A DNA stretch of 49,934 bases from Candidatus Woesearchaeota archaeon (GCA_018657475.1 JABHXC010000022.1:1-49934), one strand, 5' to 3'; shown: positions 31,365 to 41,897, counted from the first letter of the stretch. Made by a program: numbers and translations. The notes: generated by a model not told the origin, from the sequence alone.

Positions 31365-31631
31365 ATGGATGATTTACGGGAAAGAATTATGGGGATGTAT
31401 AAAACAATTGATGGTTTGTTACGTAATCGTGAATTTAGTAAATGTGATGAAGTTTTACAAAATGTTGATGTTTCTGGGTTAAATGAAGTGCAATTAGTAG
31501 GATATCTTAGGATTACTTTTCCAGCTCGGAATGAACTTCCTTATTGGAGAACATTGTTAGATGAAGTAAAAACTGAATTAAAAGAACGTGATGAATATGA
31601 TAATAGTATTTTTGTGGGATTAGAATATTAA
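31365..31631 (+). CDS. hypothetical small protein (88 aa)
   Basis: ORF with an AT-rich TATA-like sequence upstream. No motif recognised. Confidence 0.45.
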   Translation: MDDLRERIMGMYKTIDGLLRNREFSKCDEVLQNVDVSGLNEVQLVGYLRITFPARNELPYWRTLLDEVKTELKERDEYDNSIFVGLEY

Positions 31632-31650
31632 ATGATGAGATAATCAACTC

Positions 31651-31668
31651 CAAACCCCAACACTTAAA
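31651..31668 (+). promoter_or_regulatory. 18-nt promoter element CAAACCCCAACACTTAAA (copy 2)
   Basis: Identical to 31003-31020. It ends 26 nt before ATG 31695 of the DHH gene. Confidence 0.55.
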
Positions 31669-31694
31669 AATCTATAAGTAATTCATTTTAAAGT

Positions 31695-32723
31695 ATGTTA
31701 ACTGATAAAGAAGTCAATTTTTTACGTGAAGAGCTTGAAACAGCTAAAAATCCGCTTTATTTTTACGATACTGATCCTGATGGATTGTGTTCTTTTTTGT
31801 TGTTATACAGAGTTTTTAAGGAAGGTAAAGGGATATTGATTAAAGGTGCTCCAACATTAGATGACAGATTTTTAAGAAAAGTTGAAGAGTATCAACCTGA
31901 TAAAATTGTAGTTTTAGATAAACACATGATTGAGCAAAGTTTTGTAAATAAAGCTAAAAGGCCAGTATTTTGGATTGATCATCATGATCTTGTTGATCTT
32001 GAAAATGTTCATTACTTTAATCCTAAAAAACGTGACCCTGACATTTACATGCCAACAAGTAGAATGGCATATCAAATTTCTAATGATCCTGAAGATTTAT
32101 GGATGGCGACAGTTGGATGTTTAGCTGATTATCATATGCCAAATTTTATTGATGCATTTATTGAACAATATCCTCATTTGTTAAAAGAAAAAACAGATTT
32201 ACCAACAGCATTGTATAAACGGCCAATAGGTGTATTAGTAAGAGTATTTTACTTTTTGTTAAAAGGACCGACTAATGAAGTAAGAAAAAGTATTAACATT
32301 CTTACAAGAATTAAAGATCCTGATGAAATTATGAAACAAACAACACCGCAAGGAAAATTTTTGTGGAAAAGGTTTCAACAAATTAATGAAAAATATAAAG
32401 AAATTTACAAAGATGCAACCAAAAAAGTTACTAGTAGTAAACTTTTATTGTACAAATATGATACTCAACGTTGGTCTTTTACTGTAGACTTAGCAAATGA
32501 ATTGGCATGCAGATATCCTAAAAAAGTTATTATCATTGCAAGAAGAAAAGAAGATGAAATGCGATGTAGTTTACGAGCAAAGTTTACCATCAATAAAGCA
32601 TTAGCAAGAGCATTAGAAGGAATTGAAGGGCGTGGTGGTGGTCATCCTGAAGCTTGTGGTGCTGGGATTAAAATTAAAGATTGGGACAGATTTTTAGAAA
32701 ATTTTAAGAGGGAACTGAAATGA
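31695..32723 (+). CDS. DHH/DHHA1-family phosphoesterase (archaeal RecJ/GAN-like)
   Basis: DTDPDG, WIDHHD (DHH motif), and C-terminal GGGHPEACGAG (DHHA1 motif). Confidence 0.8.
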   Translation: MLTDKEVNFLREELETAKNPLYFYDTDPDGLCSFLLLYRVFKEGKGILIKGAPTLDDRFLRKVEEYQPDKIVVLDKHMIEQSFVNKAKRPVFWIDHHDLVDLENVHYFNPKKRDPDIYMPTSRMAYQISNDPEDLWMATVGCLADYHMPNFIDAFIEQYPHLLKEKTDLPTALYKRPIGVLVRVFYFLLKGPTNEVRKSINILTRIKDPDEIMKQTTPQGKFLWKRFQQINEKYKEIYKDATKKVTSSKLLLYKYDTQRWSFTVDLANELACRYPKKVIIIARRKEDEMRCSLRAKFTINKALARALEGIEGRGGGHPEACGAGIKIKDWDRFLENFKRELK

Positions 32724-33115
32724 TCTGGCAACCTGCATTATTATATTTTTTAGGATTGTCTGGTGTAGGTGCTGGTGTATTACTAGCATTAATTGCACCA
32801 GAAGAACTCTTACCTGGAGAAAAATATTTAAGAAGGTTACAAAGTGTGTTACTTGGTTTATTATTCGCTACCGGGATTTTTGTTTTAACACAAGCAAGAG
32901 AATGGTTAATCTTAGCGATTTTTATAGTTTTGTTTTTAACAGTGATAGTGATATCTACACTTAGAACACGTATCCCTCATGAAATTTATTTTGTTTGCAT
33001 CTTACCTTTTGTTCATACATCTTTAGTTACATTATTTACAGTTATTCTTTTCTTATATGGTTTACCAACGGGCACATTACTATGGGGACAAAAAAAGATC
33101 TTGAAGCAACGTTAA
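32720..33115 (+). CDS. integral membrane protein
   Basis: 131 aa with four hydrophobic helices. ATGA overlap with the DHH gene stop. Confidence 0.6.
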   Translation: MIWQPALLYFLGLSGVGAGVLLALIAPEELLPGEKYLRRLQSVLLGLLFATGIFVLTQAREWLILAIFIVLFLTVIVISTLRTRIPHEIYFVCILPFVHTSLVTLFTVILFLYGLPTGTLLWGQKKILKQR

Positions 33116-33744
33116 AAGAAAAAGTTGTTCCATTATTAGAAGAAACAATGGAAAAGCATTGGGGTATCACTATCCCAAAACTTGAAGATGATATAACTGA
33201 TCAACTAAGACAACCGTTTGTTCAAGTTTATGTTTCTTCAAGTTCTACATTTAAAGAAGCAAAGAAAAAATTTAAAGCTCAATTCTTAGAGAAAGAATTA
33301 AAGTTACATCGTGGGAACGTATCTCAATTAGCAAAGCATTTAGGGATTGATCGACGAAGTGTACATCGGGCAATAAAAAATTTAGATATTGATATTGAAG
33401 CTGTAAGAGATACAGAAGTGACTGAACAGTTTGAACAAGAAAAAGCAGTAGATCACACATTACGTGCAAGTTTAAATCAGTATCGTGACATTATTCAACC
33501 TGAAAAACTTGAACCAATGTATAAAGAAATTCCTCAATTATCTAGAAACATTGCACAATTTTTACCTCACCAAGAATTAACAATGAAAGAAGCTGAACAA
33601 GAATTTGAAAAACAATTTCTTGGGCAAGTGTTATTAGAACATAAAGGTGATATACAAGAAGCTGCTCAACAATTACAAATTAGAGTTGAAACGTTGTATA
33701 GGAAAGTTAAAAAGTTGAAAATAGCTTCAGGGAAAAATATATAA
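33082..33744 (+). CDS. DNA-binding protein with two Fis-type (HTH_8-like) helix-turn-helix motifs
   Basis: LHRGNVSQLAKHLGIDRRSVHRAIKNL and HKGDIQEAAQQLQIRVETLYRKVKKL. The start is uncertain: 33082 or 33148. The ORF-track start at 32995 runs through the membrane gene. Confidence 0.6.
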   Translation: MGTKKDLEATLKEKVVPLLEETMEKHWGITIPKLEDDITDQLRQPFVQVYVSSSSTFKEAKKKFKAQFLEKELKLHRGNVSQLAKHLGIDRRSVHRAIKNLDIDIEAVRDTEVTEQFEQEKAVDHTLRASLNQYRDIIQPEKLEPMYKEIPQLSRNIAQFLPHQELTMKEAEQEFEKQFLGQVLLEHKGDIQEAAQQLQIRVETLYRKVKKLKIASGKNI

Positions 33745-33767
33745 GCGGCTAAAATGTCCTTTTTTGT

Positions 33768-34199
33768 ATGGTTAGAAAAAAAGGTAGTAGCTTAGTTAAT
33801 CATAAACATCCTACAAAACATAAAAATCATCCTGTTTTTCGGCAGAGGTTAACTGCTGGGCAAAAAGCGGCTGATACTGTTGCACGGTTAGGAGGGAGTT
33901 GGGGATTTCTTGGAGTTTTTGCTATTATTCTTATAATATGGATTGTAGCAAATGCAGTATTATTATCTGCAAAACCGTTTGATCCTTACCCATTTATCTT
34001 GTTGAATTTATGTTTATCAGTGGTTGCAGCAATGCAAGCTCCAATAATCTTAATGACACAAAATCGTCAGGCTGAAAGAGATAGAATTGATGCTCATTAT
34101 GATCATGCAGTTAACAGAAAAGCAGAAAGAGAAATTCAACAGATATTGAAAGACATTGAAGTGATTAAAAGAACTTTAAGAGAAATAAGAAAGAAGTGA
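33768..34199 (+). CDS. DUF1003-family membrane protein
   Basis: GSWGFLGVFAIILIIWI ... FDPYPFILLNLCLS ... QAPIILMTQNRQAERDR is the DUF1003 signature. Confidence 0.75.
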   Translation: MVRKKGSSLVNHKHPTKHKNHPVFRQRLTAGQKAADTVARLGGSWGFLGVFAIILIIWIVANAVLLSAKPFDPYPFILLNLCLSVVAAMQAPIILMTQNRQAERDRIDAHYDHAVNRKAEREIQQILKDIEVIKRTLREIRKK

Positions 34200-34202
34200 G
34201 TG

Positions 34203-34982
34203 TTATTTTTTCTTGAACTGTTTGCTTTGTTTCCAAAACCATTCAAAATAATTTTTAAAAGAATCAGCAACTTGTTGACTTGATATTTCAAATGCGAAGG
34301 GCATATCTCCTTGTGGAATAGCAATTAATGTTACATCTTTGTAAATCATTACCCAAGAAGGAGATTCTATCTTTAATGGCATTCTTCTTGCTTCGCAAAG
34401 TTTGTAACTGTTTCTATTTTTTAGGTTTTCATCAGTTACATCTGGATGATATAATAATCGTGACTTTATTCCTAATTTATCTAGTTTAGCATTAGCTTTT
34501 TTCCAATAAGCATGATGAAATCCTGGTTGTTTAGATGGAAGACCATAAAGAACAACTTCATCTCCCTCTTTTAATTTTTGATATCTATTTTCATAAGCAG
34601 TCATTAATCCTCTAAATCCCTCATAAATATTAGCTTCGCTTTTTTTAGCTAATTTTTGTTTTAGTATTAACTTAGGAATCATCTCTTGAATCTTGCTTTT
34701 GTTATTTTGAATTTCTTTTTCTCTTGATTCAACATAATCCAAGAGTTTATTTGGGGGAGCTGCTTGATAATGTTTTGTTTTTTCTTTTGTAATGTAGGAA
34801 ACAAGTCCTTTCTTGATCAATTTCTCAAGTATTCTGTAGATAATTGATCTGGTAACACCTGATTTTTCAAGAATTGGGCCAATTGTTGATGATCCTAACT
34901 CTAACAATGCTAGATATGTTCTTGTTTCTCCATCAGTTAATCCTGCTTCTTTTAATGCTGAAGTGTCCATTATTAGTTTCAA
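34203..34982 (-). CDS. TrmB-family transcriptional regulator
   Basis: N-terminal winged helix LTDGETRTYLALLELGSSTIGPILEKSGVTRSIIYRILEKLIKKGLV. Confidence 0.8.
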   Translation of the reverse strand: MKLIMDTSALKEAGLTDGETRTYLALLELGSSTIGPILEKSGVTRSIIYRILEKLIKKGLVSYITKEKTKHYQAAPPNKLLDYVESREKEIQNNKSKIQEMIPKLILKQKLAKKSEANIYEGFRGLMTAYENRYQKLKEGDEVVLYGLPSKQPGFHHAYWKKANAKLDKLGIKSRLLYHPDVTDENLKNRNSYKLCEARRMPLKIESPSWVMIYKDVTLIAIPQGDMPFAFEISSQQVADSFKNYFEWFWKQSKQFKKK

Positions 34983-35097
34983 TTGGTTGTTTTATTTAAA
35001 TCTTTTTAATAAGCATACCTGTGGTGGTATGATAAGAATAATAAACTTGTATGTTGTTACTTATCAATAATAAACCTGACCAAGAGGTAAAATAAAA

Positions 35098-35685
35098 ATG
35101 ATAATTGATGAAAGAAGTGAAAAGAATCAAAGGATGTTAGGAGAACTTCAAGATAGATTTAATTCCATCCCAGAAATTGAAGGAAGTAGAATATTAAATG
35201 GTGACCCTGATTTTGTAAGAAGATGGGGTTCTGTTTTTAATTTCAATTATGACGGAAGATGGAATGGTGAAGTTAGCAATTTATTCGTAGAACGAAGAGA
35301 TCGTGATTTAGATTATAGTATCGAAAATGCAATAAAAGACGGGGTTCTACGATACTGCCACGACAACGGATTGGAAGTTTTCGAAGACTTATCTGGAAAT
35401 CCTGCGGGTGTTGTTCTAAGACGTGATAGGTACTCGCCTACCCCCGTAACATACACCACTTCATCTCATAGAAGGACTATACAAATATCACTTTTAGGAG
35501 GAGTTGGAGGATATTCAGATGCTTTGTCCTATCAAGAAGGAAAAGTTCTAGTGAGAGGAAGTCCAAACCCAAATATTTATTGGACAGGATTTCCTAAAAA
35601 CATACATGATTTTCGTTGCGGACAGGAATTGGTAAAACCTAAAGAAGGCGAAATTGTTGAACTTCCTAGATTTTCTTCAAAATAA
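35098..35685 (+). CDS. hypothetical protein
   Basis: 195-aa ORF. No motif recognised. Confidence 0.5.
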   Translation: MIIDERSEKNQRMLGELQDRFNSIPEIEGSRILNGDPDFVRRWGSVFNFNYDGRWNGEVSNLFVERRDRDLDYSIENAIKDGVLRYCHDNGLEVFEDLSGNPAGVVLRRDRYSPTPVTYTTSSHRRTIQISLLGGVGGYSDALSYQEGKVLVRGSPNPNIYWTGFPKNIHDFRCGQELVKPKEGEIVELPRFSSK

Positions 35686-35809
35686 TTTTTTTTAAAGAAA
35701 CTCCCCATTAAAGTGTTATATGAATTTTGTTTATTTTTTGTAATTCTTTAAGAAAGAAAAATTTTAATTTAGTATATATTAAAATAAAAAAATAAAATAA
35801 AAAAAAGAA

Positions 35810-37816
35810 TTAAATTAAAGTTAAACCGTACATCACAAATAGTGGTGCGAAGACGATTGCTAAAGTGTTAATAACTTTAATTAATGCGTTTAATGCTGGT
35901 CCTGCTGTGTCTTTAAATGGGTCACCAACAGTGTCACCGATAACAGCAGCTTTATGAGCATCTTTACCTTTTCCACCAAGGTTACCATCTTCAATGTACT
36001 TCTTTGCATTGTCCCATGCTGCTCCAGCATTTGCCATGAATAATGCTAAAAGTAAACCGCTTAAGATAACTCCAATAAGTAAACCACCTAATGCATGAAG
36101 ACCTAACAATAAACCAACAAGTAACGGTGCAGATACAGCAATTACTGCTGGAACGATCATGTTACGAAGAGCTGCTTTTGTTACGATGTCAACACATTTA
36201 CCATATTCAGGTTTTGCTTTACCTGCCATTAAACCTTTAATTTCTTTAAATTGTCTACGTACTTCAACAACAATTTTATGGGCTGAAGAACCAACTGCTT
36301 TCATTAACACTGCAGAGAAAATAAATGGTAATAAAGCTCCAATAAACAAACCAACAACAACTGCAGGATCTGTTAAGAGAAATTGTAATGGTTCTGAAAC
36401 TAAATGACCAATTTCTTGTGTAAACGCAACAAACAATGCTAAAGCACCTAATGCGGCTGAACCTATCGCATAACCTTTAGTTACTGCTTTAGTAGTATTA
36501 CCAACAGCATCTAATGCATCAGTTGTTTTTCTTACTTTTTTGTCCAAACCAGCCATTTCAGCGATTCCGCCTGCATTGTCAGTAATTGGACCGTAACTAT
36601 CAAGAGCGATAATTACTCCAGTTAAAGATAACATTGCAAGTGCAGCTATAGCAATCCCATAAACTCCAGCTAATAAGTAAGCTGCGATAATTCCTGCACA
36701 AATGATTAACACAGGGAAAAGAGTGGATTGTAACCCAACTGCTAAACCTGTAATTAAATTTGTCCCAGCACCAGTAACTGATGCTTCAGCAATACTTCTT
36801 ACTGGTTTATATTTTGTACTAGTATAATATTCAGTAATAACATTGATTAAAATTGTAATAACTAAACCTACAAGAGTTGCTAAGAACAAGTTTAATGGGT
36901 TATTAGTAAGAACTGTTACAATGTAAAAACCGATCGCAGCAACAACTCCAGAAGCAAAGAGGCCTTTATACAATGCCCCCATAATGTTCCCGGATTTACC
37001 TAAACGAACGAAAAGTGTTCCAATAATAGAAGCAATAATAGCTACTACACCAAGCATTAATGGATATTCAATTGCCATATTGAAAGATTTTGATACTGAA
37101 GGCATTAGTGCAAGTAACATTGCAGCAAGCATTGTTACTACATAAGTTTCATACAAATCTGCACCCATTCCTGCACAATCTCCAACATTGTCTCCAACAT
37201 TATCAGCAATAGTTGCAGGGTTTCTTGGATCGTCTTCAGGAATATTTTTTTCAATTTTTCCTACTAAATCTGCACCAACATCAGCAGCTTTTGTGAAAAT
37301 CCCACCACCTACTCTTGCAAATAATGAGATTAATGATGCTCCAAAACCTAAACCGATTAACATAACTGGATCTTTAAAGATTGTATAAAAAACGCTTACA
37401 GCAAGTAATGCTAAGCCGACAACTGCCATTCCTGTAACTGAGCCACCTTGAAATGCAACTTTTAATGCTTCTTTAACTCCAACTTTTGCTGTTTCAGCGG
37501 TTCTTACATTAGCTCGAACAGAAATGCTCATACCAATATATCCAGATAATCCTGATAGGATTGCTCCAAAAATAAAACCACCTGCGACTATCCAATTGAA
37601 CAGGAAACCTAAGATGATAGTAATAATAACTGCAAAAATTGCAATTGTTTTGTATTGCCTGGCCATATAAGCCATTGCTCCTTCTCTAATAGCACCAGCA
37701 ATAGCTTGCATTTTTTCTGAACCCGGTTTAACTTTAAGAATTCTGAATGATAAAAATCCTGCATAACCTAATGCTAATAAACTAACAATAATTGCGATAA
37801 TTCCAACATTAACCAT
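35810..37816 (-). CDS. hppA: membrane-bound H+-translocating pyrophosphatase (K+-independent signature)
   Basis: [19 protein letters not shown], plus [16 protein letters not shown] with the Lys/Thr pair characteristic of K+-independent enzymes. Confidence 0.95.
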   Translation of the reverse strand: MVNVGIIAIIVSLLALGYAGFLSFRILKVKPGSEKMQAIAGAIREGAMAYMARQYKTIAIFAVIITIILGFLFNWIVAGGFIFGAILSGLSGYIGMSISVRANVRTAETAKVGVKEALKVAFQGGSVTGMAVVGLALLAVSVFYTIFKDPVMLIGLGFGASLISLFARVGGGIFTKAADVGADLVGKIEKNIPEDDPRNPATIADNVGDNVGDCAGMGADLYETYVVTMLAAMLLALMPSVSKSFNMAIEYPLMLGVVAIIASIIGTLFVRLGKSGNIMGALYKGLFASGVVAAIGFYIVTVLTNNPLNLFLATLVGLVITILINVITEYYTSTKYKPVRSIAEASVTGAGTNLITGLAVGLQSTLFPVLIICAGIIAAYLLAGVYGIAIAALAMLSLTGVIIALDSYGPITDNAGGIAEMAGLDKKVRKTTDALDAVGNTTKAVTKGYAIGSAALGALALFVAFTQEIGHLVSEPLQFLLTDPAVVVGLFIGALLPFIFSAVLMKAVGSSAHKIVVEVRRQFKEIKGLMAGKAKPEYGKCVDIVTKAALRNMIVPAVIAVSAPLLVGLLLGLHALGGLLIGVILSGLLLALFMANAGAAWDNAKKYIEDGNLGGKGKDAHKAAVIGDTVGDPFKDTAGPALNALIKVINTLAIVFAPLFVMYGLTLI

Positions 37817-37883
37817 AGTATTTCTTCCCCCACTTACGTGATTCTTTGCAATGTTGAAAGTTGGTTTATATATTTTACTATTC

Positions 37884-38255
37884 TTATTTAACTAAAATGA
37901 CTTTCTTCTTCTGCCTAATAGTAAGATAAGGTCTTTTTAACCTATTGCGTAATTCTTTATCTTGAGTTAAAATTAAATCGCCTAGTTTAGAATATTTTAC
38001 TAAAATATCATCTACTAAACCTTTACTTGGAATAACTTCTACATCTCTTGCTTTAAGTAAAGCTAATCCTAATTTAGCTGCAGCTTTATGTTTTCCTGGT
38101 TGTTCATGTTGAATTTTTTCTAGTTCGTCAATTGTCCCTTCAAGTATGTAAATTTCATAATGGAAGTCACAACATTCTTCTAAAGCAGAAAATATATCTA
38201 ACTGCAAGCCTGCGATTGCCATCACGGCATTTGTATCAAGTATTATTCTTTTCAT
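37884..38255 (-). CDS. PIN-domain protein (Fcf1-like)
   Basis: MKRIILDTNAVMAI ... LTQDKELRNRLK, about 120 aa, the typical archaeal Fcf1/PIN layout. Confidence 0.7.
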   Translation of the reverse strand: MKRIILDTNAVMAIAGLQLDIFSALEECCDFHYEIYILEGTIDELEKIQHEQPGKHKAAAKLGLALLKARDVEVIPSKGLVDDILVKYSKLGDLILTQDKELRNRLKRPYLTIRQKKKVILVK

Positions 38256-39057
38256 TGTTTAACGCCGCAATCCAGAATATTCTAGTTAAAATGAGAACAC
38301 TTACAACGATAATTGTGAGAATAACAACTAACCAAGCAAGTTCAGTAAATGTTAAGACTGAATATAACCCATATAAAATGCTTCCAAGAATTGCTAAATT
38401 AATTAATAACACCATTAGGGTTTTAGGTAATTTCTTAATTGTTGTAACAAAAATTTTCTTTGGCCATTTTTTCCATGAACTGGTTAATGCTGCTGCAGAA
38501 TTTAACAATAAGAAATAAAAAATTATAAACAAAACAGTGAAAGTTGTTCCCCAAGTGTTAATACTTCCAGGGGATATTGCAAGACTTGTAATTTGTTTAG
38601 AAAAAATCCAAATTAGGATTATATATGGTATTGTTACAATTAATGTTGCGGTTATATACTGTAAACAGTATGTTTTCCATAATCTCCAAGAAAACTTTTC
38701 TGAAAGAATTGAATGTGACCCTGTCCATAAAATACTGTTTAAAATAAGAAAAATCAGTAAACTCCACAGTATCATTTGAAATGTGTTTTTTATCATTGAT
38801 TTGTAACTTTGTAAAATAAGTGCAGTATCTTGCAGAAATGGTTGTCCTGCATCGATTAACTCAGGGTTTGTATTGGCCCCTTCCACAGCAGTCATTATTG
38901 ATTCTACATCTTCAAGAATTTTAATTTGAAAACCTAACACTAATGTTGCAAGGATAACTATTAAGACTAATTGTAAAGCAGCTAAGCTTAGAAATAATCC
39001 TGGCTTTTTTTTAATGCCATGAAACGTTTGACTTAGGCTTTTTTTAAGATATTGCAT
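38236..39057 (-). CDS. polytopic membrane protein
   Basis: 273 aa with at least 6 hydrophobic helices. Its 3' end overlaps the PIN gene start by 20 nt. Confidence 0.6.
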   Translation of the reverse strand: MQYLKKSLSQTFHGIKKKPGLFLSLAALQLVLIVILATLVLGFQIKILEDVESIMTAVEGANTNPELIDAGQPFLQDTALILQSYKSMIKNTFQMILWSLLIFLILNSILWTGSHSILSEKFSWRLWKTYCLQYITATLIVTIPYIILIWIFSKQITSLAISPGSINTWGTTFTVLFIIFYFLLLNSAAALTSSWKKWPKKIFVTTIKKLPKTLMVLLINLAILGSILYGLYSVLTFTELAWLVVILTIIVVSVLILTRIFWIAALNNEKNNT

Positions 39058-39081
39058 ATAATAAAAAGAAAAAGAGGAGGT

Positions 39082-39282
39082 TTAAAAGATTTCCTCTAAG
39101 TCACTGTCTTCAAAAGGGCTAAATGATGGATCTGTGGCTCCCCTGACGAAACCTGCTTCCCAAGGAGCAATCTCATCATCATCTACAAGCAATGCTCTAC
39201 CTTCATCGGTGTAAATACTCTTATCAAATTGGTATTCTTCTTCCTGCAAGAACTCTTTCCATTTTTTTGGCATTTTAACCAC
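39082..39282 (-). CDS. small acidic hypothetical protein
   Basis: 66-aa ORF upstream of the membrane gene on the same strand. Confidence 0.4.
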   Translation of the reverse strand: MVKMPKKWKEFLQEEEYQFDKSIYTDEGRALLVDDDEIAPWEAGFVRGATDPSFSPFEDSDLEEIF

Positions 39283-39439
39283 CCCAGGTTATTGATATTA
39301 TTAACATAAGTTTTAAATATAAATACATTTCCTAAATGGTATATATCACTCTATTTGTGGTATATGCATACTTATAGAAAGTAACAAAGGAATATAGGGA
39401 AATTTGGAAAGAATTTTTGAACTCTATTTTGAGTAATGA

Positions 39440-40399
39440 ATGTTAAAAATGGAATATAGAAAGTTAATAGCGTTTGGAAAAAGTAGTTATGTTATTTCTT
39501 TACCTAAAGCATGGATTCGTCAACAGAAGATGAAGAAAGGAGACTTAATTTATCTTGAAGAACGTGAAAATAGTCTTTTATTGAGTTCTAAAATTCAGGG
39601 ATCTCCTGAACCAAAGAAAATAACGATATCTGTAGATAATAAAAAAATACCGCAAATTAGAAGAGAAGTTAATGCAGCTTATATTGAAAATTATCGTGAA
39701 ATTGCTCTAGTTGGTAAGCAATTAAAACAACAATCAGCAGAACTTTTAGATATGGCAAGAAGCTTAATAGCTTTAGAAGTTTTAGAGATTACTACTGAAA
39801 AAATAGTTACAAAAGATTTTTTGGATATGGACAAAGTGTCTATTAAAGAATTAATTAAAAAAATGGATATGATTGTTCGTTCTATGTTAAAAGATTGTAC
39901 ATTAATGTTTGTTGAAGACAGTGCAGAGAATATTGCTTTACGGGATCACGACGTAAATCGGCTAAGTTTTTTACTATTTAGAGTAATTCGATACAGTATG
40001 CGAAATCCTGCTCGGGCTTTTAAAAATTCTTCATTGTCAATTCCTGAGTTGTTAAATCATTATATTTTAACTTCTTTATTAGAAAATATTGCAGATGAAG
40101 CAAAGAGGATGTCACGTGTTATGAAAAAGATGAAATTATCAAAAAAAGAGAAAGAAGATTGTATTCAAGTTCTTAAAAATGTTGAGGAATTGTATTTAGC
40201 TATCATGAAAGCATATTATATTGAGGATAGAAATTTATCATTAGAATTATCTAATAAAAAGCATGATCTTATTAATTTAATTAACACATTTCAGGATAGT
40301 GTAAAAACTTCTACTAAAGAATTAACTTATTTTGTTGATCGATGTCGCCGTTTAGTTGGTCAAACACATGAAACAGGTAGATTAACATATCAGCAATAA
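39440..40399 (+). CDS. AbrB/SpoVT-domain plus PhoU-domain regulator (archaeal PhoU-like)
   Basis: N-terminal KLIAFGKSSYVISLPKAWIRQQKMKKGDLIYL is a swapped-hairpin AbrB motif, followed by two PhoU-like helical repeats. Confidence 0.7.
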   Translation: MLKMEYRKLIAFGKSSYVISLPKAWIRQQKMKKGDLIYLEERENSLLLSSKIQGSPEPKKITISVDNKKIPQIRREVNAAYIENYREIALVGKQLKQQSAELLDMARSLIALEVLEITTEKIVTKDFLDMDKVSIKELIKKMDMIVRSMLKDCTLMFVEDSAENIALRDHDVNRLSFLLFRVIRYSMRNPARAFKNSSLSIPELLNHYILTSLLENIADEAKRMSRVMKKMKLSKKEKEDCIQVLKNVEELYLAIMKAYYIEDRNLSLELSNKKHDLINLINTFQDSVKTSTKELTYFVDRCRRLVGQTHETGRLTYQQ

Positions 40400-40477
40400 C
40401 TATCACTTAATGGTAAATATATACAAAATATTTATAAAATATATTTTTCTTAATGTTTTTGGGGGACAATAATACAT

Positions 40478-41869
40478 ATGACTATAAATTTGCTGCCTTT
40501 AGGACAGAAACCATTGAATGAATTTACATTAGAAGATTTTCGTGAACAGAGAGTTCTTGGTGAAACTTATCTTGGTTCAGATATTACTGGTGTAAAAAAT
40601 AATGCATCAATGGGTTCAGGGCATTCAATATCCGGTATTCTTTATTTTACCGGTCAAGGAAATGGTTATGGAGCAGTTGATCGTCGTTTGTTTGCAAAAC
40701 AGTTGTTGCCAACAGTTGATCATTCTGATACATACAAAGTAGGTAGGGAACCTTATGTTTTGTACTTTAGAGAATTACAAGCACTTAAAACTGTTAGTGT
40801 TGGTGTAGGAACAGATTTGACATTTCCTTTTGTTGCGCAGGATGATACTAGATTAATTTTCTTTCAACGATATGCACGTGCGAAGTCTGATGCTGATCGG
40901 TTAACTGAAATGACACATCCCATTGCAAGAAAAAGAGTAGCTTATGCTGGACATCGTAGTATTGCTTGTCTTAATGCGAGATTGCGGACAAGAAAATATT
41001 GTTTTCACGATTCACTTCTTGTTGATAAGTTTAGTGTTGATAAAAAAAGTGCTGATATTGTAGATTATTTTGAAACTTGGAGATTGTATTCAAGTGATTA
41101 TTCTCGGGAAGAAATAGTTAATCTAACTGCTAATGGGATGAAAAAAGTTTTAGATGAACTAAAACTAAAAAATCTTGAAAGTGATGTTTCTATCTTAGTT
41201 GGCGAGGGATGGAAAGCGTTAGAATTTTTATCTGAACCAGGACACGGTGATATGCGTGCTCACCATGTTATTGGGCCAGAAGAAACTCGTGCTGATAGGC
41301 CTAAACAAAGAAAATTTATTGATTGGGATCGGTTTGGATTATACCCAAATGTTTTAAGTCATGTTACTTATTCAAGTATGGAAGGTGGTCTTGCAGAAAT
41401 TCCTTTAGATGAAATATGTGGTCTGGGGGGAAGAGTTTTGGCATATGATAAAGCAGCTTCGAATAATGATGCTAAAATTAGAAATCGATCTTTAAGAAAT
41501 CTTGATAAGATGTCACACAAAAAGGTTATTGCTTCTGTTAAATCTTCATTAAAAAATAAATTTGCTGTACAATACTTGGCTTTAGCTATTGAAGATCATA
41601 TGCATTTACAATCAAGTAGTCTTCGTTGGCCAAGAAATCAACTTGCAGGATTAATTAGTGGTATTCCTGGATGGAGTTTGGAAAAGATGGTTAACACTAG
41701 ACCGCAAAAAATTGTTGAAATTTTAGATTTTGTTGCACAAAATAAAAAATTACTAAATTCTATGGATGATCCTGTTGGTGCACGCAAATACTTTGCACGT
41801 TTAGGAGATAAGCTTATTCAGGCTGAATTGGTTGATGTTCCTGAAACTGTTTTAAGTAGGTTGAAATAA
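40478..41869 (+). CDS. hypothetical protein (463 aa)
   Basis: Long ORF, richer in Arg and Gly than its neighbours. No motif recognised. Confidence 0.55.
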   Translation: MTINLLPLGQKPLNEFTLEDFREQRVLGETYLGSDITGVKNNASMGSGHSISGILYFTGQGNGYGAVDRRLFAKQLLPTVDHSDTYKVGREPYVLYFRELQALKTVSVGVGTDLTFPFVAQDDTRLIFFQRYARAKSDADRLTEMTHPIARKRVAYAGHRSIACLNARLRTRKYCFHDSLLVDKFSVDKKSADIVDYFETWRLYSSDYSREEIVNLTANGMKKVLDELKLKNLESDVSILVGEGWKALEFLSEPGHGDMRAHHVIGPEETRADRPKQRKFIDWDRFGLYPNVLSHVTYSSMEGGLAEIPLDEICGLGGRVLAYDKAASNNDAKIRNRSLRNLDKMSHKKVIASVKSSLKNKFAVQYLALAIEDHMHLQSSSLRWPRNQLAGLISGIPGWSLEKMVNTRPQKIVEILDFVAQNKKLLNSMDDPVGARKYFARLGDKLIQAELVDVPETVLSRLK

Positions 41870-41876
41870 TTTTTTG

Positions 41877-41897
41877 CACTGGTCAACTGGACAAGTG
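41877..41897 (+). promoter_or_regulatory. 21-nt motif CACTGGTCAACTGGACAAGTG upstream of LAGLIDADG gene 1
   Basis: 19 of 21 positions identical to 44618-44638. Both copies end exactly 38 nt before the start codon of a LAGLIDADG gene. The motif contains a tandem ACTGGNCA 8-mer. Confidence 0.55.

Noticed and set aside
31632-31706. Possible C/D-box sRNA (ATGATGA at 31632, CTGA at about 31703)
   Set aside because: There are no internal C'/D' boxes and no terminal pairing. The CTGA lies inside the DHH coding sequence, and the interval is already explained as a promoter.
32995-33081. 5' extension of the double-HTH ORF (track start 32995)
   Set aside because: It overlaps the 3' third of the membrane protein gene in another frame, and its translation is Ile/Tyr/Phe/Ser low-complexity sequence. 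An internal Met (33082 or 33148) is more plausible.
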